Source of the DNA: a virus
Lineage: Duplodnaviria > Heunggongvirae > Uroviricota > Caudoviricetes
Direction: 5' to 3' (one strand)
DNA length: 64,000 bases
Virus record (IMG/VR): IMGVR_UViG_3300026549_001031
Part shown: positions 58,664 through 64,000 of the stretch, piece by piece
Layout: every line of letters begins with the position of its first letter
How positions within the stretch are numbered: the first letter of the stretch is position 1
The notes under the pieces: model-generated
Database searches by the model: none
What the model saw: only the letters and a program-made list of their open reading frames with translations
What the model was told of the DNA's origin: nothing
Translations under genes and position numbers: made by a program

Positions 58664-61600
58664 ATGGAGGACATGACATCAAGGGGTTTTGATCCTGATG
58701 TAGAAGACATTGACAATAGTGATGTCAATGAGTACAATGAGAGAGAAATTCTCGTTGCAAAGAGGAAAGGAACCTATGAGACATTCAAGGTTGGAAAGCT
58801 GGCAGATTCAATATTTGCCGCAGCAGCTGAAGTTGGTGGAGAGGACTTACAGATTGCAGATGATCTGGCAACAGAAATTCAGGATATGCTTGAGTCAAAT
58901 GATATTCATATCATTGAAGCATCTGATCTGCATGATATGGTTTATAAGTGTTTAGTAGATAACAAACATGCAGCAACTTCAGAGAGATACCTTACAGAAA
59001 GTATTAAGCGCAGTAATCAGAGAGAAATGGACACTGCACTTATGAAATCGTTTGAGGAAATTACATTTAAGTCTGAAGAGGACAGTGAGGTTAAGCGTGA
59101 AAATGCTAACATCGACAGTTCAACAGCAATGGGTACCATGCTGAAATATGGTTCAGAGGCAGCTAAAAACTTTAACTTGCTGTACTTAATGACACCTGAT
59201 ATAGCTAATGCACACAGAAATGGAGATATACATATCCATGATTTGGACTTCCTCTCATTAACTGAAACCTGCATGCAGCTTGCACTTGATAAGCTTTTTG
59301 ATGGTGGTTTCAACACTGGTCATGGTTATTTAAGACAGCCTGGAAGTATTAGGGCAGCAGCAGCACAGGCAGCAATCGCTATACAGAGTGATCAGAATGA
59401 TCAGCATGGTGGTCAGTCAATTCCTCTGTTTGATTACTATTTGGCTCCTTATGTGGCACTGACATATGTAAAACAGATTGCACACATTGCAAAGATTAAG
59501 TTTGACCTTAACAAAGAGAAATATCATGAGTTAAAACACAGACTCGTTGATTATCAGAAAGAGCATAAGACAGTGATGAATAAGCAAGGGTATAGTGATA
59601 TCAATGACATTCTTACTAAATTCTGTGAAGAGTTTAAGGTCAAGGCATCTAAGAAGAGACTTAAGAAAGTAATGAAAGATGCATATGATGATACATACTA
59701 TGACACCTATCAGGCGATGGAAGCATTTATTCATAACTTAAACACTATGCATTGTTTACCTGCTAGTGAAAAGATTTGGGTGCTTGATGTTAAGACAAAC
59801 AATCTTACACTTATGACAATGGAGGCACTTGATAGTGTATTCGAGCCTAAGAGATTTAAGGTAATTTCCTTAAATAAAAAGACAGGCAAGGCAGAGTTTA
59901 AGTTTATCACTAAATCTCAGAGAAAAGACAATCAGAGAAAATTGGTTAAACTTAAAGATAATCAGGGCAGGGCAGTGAGAGTTACTGATAATCATAAGTT
60001 AATGACTATGGATGGCATTAAGATTTCAGAGAAACTCCCTAAAGATTGTGAGTATACATTGTCACCTAGAGGAATTGACTTCCCTCCTGTAAAGTATGAC
60101 ATGTGTGTTTCAGACTTTGGTAAACCTAGAAAGGACAATGCTTTTCAGAATGATCATGTGATTGTTTCTGAAGCATTTGCAGAGTTTATGGGATACTATA
60201 TGGGAGATGGATGTATTCTTGGTCAAACATCAACCTGTTGCATTTCAGCTTGTGGTAAGGTCACATTTGAATATATGGAGGACTTACTTAAGAGAGCATT
60301 TGGTTGTGAGTTTAGGACTTCATATACATACTTCAATCATTCAAAAGAGGGTAAGACAGAGAAAGATATCAGGATTCAGCTTGGTATGCCATTAGCAAGA
60401 ATGATTGCTAGTAAGTTTGGACGCATTGGTAAAGAAAAGCATATCCCTGTAGAAATTCTTATGGGACCTAGGGAAGTAAGAATTGCTTTCTTAAAAGCTT
60501 ACTTTGCAATGGATGGAAGAAAAGATGCTAAGTATTCAGAGTTAAGTACATGTACAGAAGTACTTCAGAAGCAGGTAGCTTTGATGCTTTCATCATTAGG
60601 AGTTTCACCTCATTATGGAGAAACAATCATCGATGGAGATCGTAAGGTCTTCTTTGTAAGTTTAAGTGCACATGACTCATATGAGTGTGGACTTAAAGAT
60701 AGTGATGAAACAGCATTTCAGATTCCTAAGTATGACTTATCTATGGTTTATGATGCATACAAAGAAGAATGTGATGACATCACAGGTAGAAGAACAAGTC
60801 ATAGATTAAGATACAATGAGCTCGAGGAATTGATTGATGAACATGATGCAAAAGATGTGATGCATTTGAGAAATGTGTTCATCAATAATATTGAGAGCAC
60901 TGAAGATGAGTCAAGTGGAGATGAATATGTTTATGACATCTCTGTTGAAGATAATGAGAACTTCTTAACTAAGGATTGCATCTTCGTGCATAACAGCAGA
61001 GCAGGTGCGCAGGTACCATTTAGCAGTATTAATTACGGAACTGATACATCTACTGAAGGTAGAATGGTCATGGAAACAATACTTAAGTCAACTTGGGATG
61101 GCTTAGGAAATGGGGAGATCCCTATTTTCCCTATTCAGATCTTTAAGTTAAAGGCTGGAGTGTCATATAATAAAGAAGATCCGAACTATGATTTGTTTGA
61201 GTTGTCATGTAAGGTAAGTGCAAAGAGACTTTATCCTAACTTTGTAAACCTTGATGCTCCTTACAATGCAGAGTTATATGTGCCTGGACATCCTGAAACA
61301 GAGATGGCTACGATGGGGTGTGTAGAATCATCTGAAATTTTACACTATACAATAGATGGTTTAGAATACATTGAGACATTTGAGAAAGCATACAACAGAA
61401 TTAGCAATCTTCGCAGGAGCACAGAGTACTCTTATAACTCTGATTACATTGATGTATCTGACATTGATGTTAGAGTAAAAGATTCAGTGCATGGCTTTGT
61501 TAAAGTTAAGAAGTTCATTAAAAATAAGAATGTTAACAATTTCAATGTAATTAAGTTCTCTGATGGATATAGTTTAACAGCTACTTCTGATCATCCTTTA

Positions 61601-63457
61601 CCAGTTGTTGGAAAAGGTAGAACATTTGTCAAAGACTTAAACATTGGAGATAAAGTAGAGGTATCACGTAATGATGCAGTTAACTCTGATAATAAGTTTA
61701 TGACAGCTTATTTTAAGGAATATACTTATATTCTTGGTGTAATACTTGCAGATGCATCATATAAGACTCAGATTTGCATTAGTCTTGGACTTGATGAAAA
61801 AGATGTAGCTGATTACATTAAGAGCATTGTGAATGATCTTGGATACAGATTAAATGTGAAAGAGCAGCATAGGGATACTAAGGGTGATTACTTTGATTGT
61901 TGTATTAGAGGCATCAAGACGTTAAAATATGCAGAGAGAGAATTAGCTTCAATCTTTGGTGGCTATAAGAAGGCAGGGAGAACTATTCCTTCATCATTAC
62001 TGACAGCATCTAGGAAATACAGATTAGCATTTCTTGCTGGTTTAATGGACGCTGATGGACATGTAACCTGCAGTAAGAGTAGTGATGGTGAGACAGAAAG
62101 ATCAGCTAGATTTAGCATTGGAAGTACAAACAAGGCACTTGCAATGACAGAATTAGCTCTCATTAGAGGTTTAGGGTACAAGGCTAAAATGTACAGGAAC
62201 AAGTACAGTTCAAAGCATTCTAAGATCAGATACCTTATTGAGTTTGAAATCACAGATGAGTTATTAGCAGAGATGCATTGTGGAAAGAAGATTGACAAGG
62301 CTAATAAAGTTGACAGATGCAAGTTTAGTGATGTAGACGTAGTAGAGGTTGTAAGTATTACATCTGGTTGCGAAGAGAATGAACTTAATGGAATTAGTTA
62401 TGACCTTGAGACAGAATCTGATATGCTTGATATTTCTTACATTAGTAGTCATAACTGTAGAACACGTGTAAGTACAAACAAGCATGATTTAGGTAAGCAG
62501 GTCATTCCTGGTCGTGGTAATTTGTCATTTACAAGTATCAACTTGCCTAGATTAGCAATTATGTCCAATGGTGATATTGATAAGTTCTATAAGTTATTGG
62601 ATAACAGGCTTGAGTTAGTTCATAAACAGCTCTTACAGAGATTTGAGTTGCAGTGTTTGAAACATCCGATCAACTATCCTTTCTTAATGGGACAGGGTGT
62701 TTGGATTGGAAGTGATTTACTTGGACCTAATGATGACATTAGAGACATTCTTAAAAATGGTACTCTTGGTGTAGGGTTTATTGGACTTGCAGAGACCTTA
62801 ACATCATTGATTGGTGAGCATCATGGACAGTCTGAAAGAGCAGAGAAGCTTGGTCTTGAAATCATTCAGCATATGAGAGATTACACAGATGCATGGTCAG
62901 AAAATGAACACATGAATTATGGTGTAATTGGTACACCTGCTGAGGGATTGTCTGGTAGGTTTGTAAGAATGGACAAGAAGAAGTTTGGTGTGATCCCTGG
63001 AGTTACAGATAAGGAGTATTATACAAATAGCTCTCACATTCCTGTAAGTTTTCCGATCAGTGCAACTAAGAAGATTCAGCTTGAGGCTCCTTTCCATGCA
63101 ATCGAAAATGGTGGTCACATATTATATATTGAGATGGATGGAGACCCTACAAAGAATGTTGGGGCATTTATGAAAGTTGTGAGATACATGCATGATAATA
63201 ATGCAGGATATTTTGCAATCAATCACCCTGTAGATAGAGATCCTGTTTGTAATTACACAGGCATCATTGATGATGTTTGTCCTCGTTGTGGTAGAAAAGA
63301 GGGCGAACCTATGACAATGGAAATGTGGAAGAGGATTCATCAGACAGCAGGGGCTGGTAACATTTGTACATGTGGTGCATGTGGAGATCCTAATGAAGAG
63401 GCAGATAGAATTTCAAATGCTATTGATACATCAGATTTGAAATTTGACTTCGAATAA
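58664..63457 (+). CDS. nrdD: Anaerobic (class III) ribonucleotide reductase, two inteins, lacking the C-terminal glycyl-radical motif
   Basis: ATP cone, ENAN, HIHDLD, QHGGQ, SRAGAQVPFSSIN, MG|CRT, GRGNLSFTSINL, TPAEGL, YYTNS, GGHI, CPRCG; about 804 aa after splicing. Confidence 0.95.
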   Translation: MEDMTSRGFDPDVEDIDNSDVNEYNEREILVAKRKGTYETFKVGKLADSIFAAAAEVGGEDLQIADDLATEIQDMLESNDIHIIEASDLHDMVYKCLVDNKHAATSERYLTESIKRSNQREMDTALMKSFEEITFKSEEDSEVKRENANIDSSTAMGTMLKYGSEAAKNFNLLYLMTPDIANAHRNGDIHIHDLDFLSLTETCMQLALDKLFDGGFNTGHGYLRQPGSIRAAAAQAAIAIQSDQNDQHGGQSIPLFDYYLAPYVALTYVKQIAHIAKIKFDLNKEKYHELKHRLVDYQKEHKTVMNKQGYSDINDILTKFCEEFKVKASKKRLKKVMKDAYDDTYYDTYQAMEAFIHNLNTMHCLPASEKIWVLDVKTNNLTLMTMEALDSVFEPKRFKVISLNKKTGKAEFKFITKSQRKDNQRKLVKLKDNQGRAVRVTDNHKLMTMDGIKISEKLPKDCEYTLSPRGIDFPPVKYDMCVSDFGKPRKDNAFQNDHVIVSEAFAEFMGYYMGDGCILGQTSTCCISACGKVTFEYMEDLLKRAFGCEFRTSYTYFNHSKEGKTEKDIRIQLGMPLARMIASKFGRIGKEKHIPVEILMGPREVRIAFLKAYFAMDGRKDAKYSELSTCTEVLQKQVALMLSSLGVSPHYGETIIDGDRKVFFVSLSAHDSYECGLKDSDETAFQIPKYDLSMVYDAYKEECDDITGRRTSHRLRYNELEELIDEHDAKDVMHLRNVFINNIESTEDESSGDEYVYDISVEDNENFLTKDCIFVHNSRAGAQVPFSSINYGTDTSTEGRMVMETILKSTWDGLGNGEIPIFPIQIFKLKAGVSYNKEDPNYDLFELSCKVSAKRLYPNFVNLDAPYNAELYVPGHPETEMATMGCVESSEILHYTIDGLEYIETFEKAYNRISNLRRSTEYSYNSDYIDVSDIDVRVKDSVHGFVKVKKFIKNKNVNNFNVIKFSDGYSLTATSDHPLPVVGKGRTFVKDLNIGDKVEVSRNDAVNSDNKFMTAYFKEYTYILGVILADASYKTQICISLGLDEKDVADYIKSIVNDLGYRLNVKEQHRDTKGDYFDCCIRGIKTLKYAERELASIFGGYKKAGRTIPSSLLTASRKYRLAFLAGLMDADGHVTCSKSSDGETERSARFSIGSTNKALAMTELALIRGLGYKAKMYRNKYSSKHSKIRYLIEFEITDELLAEMHCGKKIDKANKVDRCKFSDVDVVEVVSITSGCEENELNGISYDLETESDMLDISYISSHNCRTRVSTNKHDLGKQVIPGRGNLSFTSINLPRLAIMSNGDIDKFYKLLDNRLELVHKQLLQRFELQCLKHPINYPFLMGQGVWIGSDLLGPNDDIRDILKNGTLGVGFIGLAETLTSLIGEHHGQSERAEKLGLEIIQHMRDYTDAWSENEHMNYGVIGTPAEGLSGRFVRMDKKKFGVIPGVTDKEYYTNSSHIPVSFPISATKKIQLEAPFHAIENGGHILYIEMDGDPTKNVGAFMKVVRYMHDNNAGYFAINHPVDRDPVCNYTGIIDDVCPRCGRKEGEPMTMEMWKRIHQTAGAGNICTCGACGDPNEEADRISNAIDTSDLKFDFE
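59753..60994 (+). mobile_element. Intein 1 in NrdD (414 aa, LAGLIDADG-type)
   Basis: NTMH|CLP ... VTDNH ... FMGYYMGDG, FLKAYFAMDG ... VYDISV..NENF...VHN|SRAG. Confidence 0.93.
61319..62455 (+). mobile_element. Intein 2 in NrdD (379 aa, LAGLIDADG-type)
   Basis: ATMG|CVE ... ATSDH ... LGVILAD, FLAGLMDADG ... SYDLET...SHN|CRT. Confidence 0.93.
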
Positions 63458-63483
63458 AAGGATAAAACAAGTTTTGAATGTGG

Positions 63484-63518
63484 TAAAGACAGGCAGGCTA
63501 GAGCTTGACCTGTCTTTA
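63484..63518 (+). terminator. Terminator-like hairpin between nrdD and the glycyl-radical ORF
   Basis: TAAAGACAGG...CCTGTCTTTA. Confidence 0.6.
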
Positions 63519-63601
63519 TTAGACAATAAAATTAAAGATGGACTAGTTTAGAGAGCGTGTTAAGTTTAAGTTTGTGAAAACATCCTTGATTTAGACATAA
63601 T

Positions 63602-63617
63602 ATACAAAATATTGTGT
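63602..63617 (+). promoter_or_regulatory. NrdR-box-like site
   Basis: ATACAAAATATTGTGT upstream of the small glycyl-radical ORF. Confidence 0.5.
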
Positions 63618-63655
63618 ATTTTAATATAAAATAAAAATTAAAGGAGGGCATTATT

Positions 63656-63802
63656 ATGTCAGCAGTTGTATCAGAGGTAGAAAGAGGTAAAGGCGTTAGG
63701 TTTGAGAGAAAGAGAAGAATAACTGGATACATTTCAGGAGATCTCAATACATGGAACTCTGCTAAACGTGCAGAGGAAAGAGATAGAGTAAAGCACTGTT
63801 AA
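63656..63802 (+). CDS. Stand-alone 48-aa NrdD glycyl-radical domain
   Basis: MSAVVSEVERGKGVRFERKRRITGYISGDLNTWNSAKRAEERDRVKHC contains RITGY and the N..K..E..DRVKH terminus of NrdD; AAGGAGG RBS. Confidence 0.88.
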   Translation: MSAVVSEVERGKGVRFERKRRITGYISGDLNTWNSAKRAEERDRVKHC

Positions 63803-63947
63803 TGAATGGGCATAGAAGTTTAAGGTTTATGTCCTTGAAATATGCCTGATTGTATAATTTAATATATTAAATTATTTTTTAATAGAGTTGGGGCAGTAAA
63901 GGCTTCAACTCTATAGGCATATTAAAGATAGAGAGGACAGTGTAAAA

Positions 63948-64000
63948 ATGAGGGTTGCACAGATTTATAATGAGAGTGTCGTGGATGGAACGGGCTGGAG
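63948..64000 (+). CDS. nrdG: Anaerobic RNR activating radical-SAM enzyme, 5' end (truncated by window)
   Basis: MRVAQIYNESVVDGTGW matches the NrdG N-terminal S.VDG.G.R motif; follows nrdD. Confidence 0.75.
   Translation, partial: MRVAQIYNESVVDGTGW

Noticed and set aside
1592-63747. All minus-strand ORFs and short alternative-frame plus ORFs in the track
   Set aside because: They shadow long + strand genes, are Ser/Leu/Phe-rich mirror translations, and lack RBSs or motifs
1-64000. CRISPR array, tRNA or rRNA genes
   Set aside because: No regularly spaced direct repeats or cloverleaf/rRNA signatures seen by eye in intergenic regions

Overview
AT-rich, gene-dense 64 kb segment with every credible gene on the + strand, sigma70/sigmaA-type promoters and Firmicutes-style RBSs. 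The mosaic of orphan ORFs, duplicated helicases, self-splicing elements and scattered auxiliary genes points to a jumbo phage or very large extrachromosomal element of a Clostridia (Lachnospiraceae-like) host. No virion genes are in the window, so phage versus megaplasmid is not settled. Main content: (1) an SF2 helicase, a multi-Zn-ribbon protein, a GHKL ATPase and two tandem Pif1 helicases; (2) a nearly complete but dispersed Ter stress/nucleoside-metabolite system (HpcH-like lyase, ATP-grasp, PRTase-TRSP, StiP/PELOTA, HAD, YceG, TelA, three TerD, AIM24, Ca2+ P-type ATPase); (3) a 1204-nt group I intron with an HNH-type homing endonuclease inside the GDG|VND motif of the P-type ATPase; (4) an NAD/ADP-ribose module (NrtR, NadE, ADP-ribosylglycohydrolase, vWA) whose two promoters share an ACTTA-N15-TAAGT inverted repeat; (5) a nuclease-less IS110/Nop-domain (TasA-like) protein with no adjacent guide array; (6) a J-domain/kinase-like + vWA + divergent adenylosuccinate-synthetase triad; (7) an anaerobic RNR (NrdD) with two inteins whose glycyl-radical domain is encoded separately as a 48-aa protein missed by the ORF track, followed by the start of nrdG. 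All protein assignments come from motif recognition by eye, not database searches.
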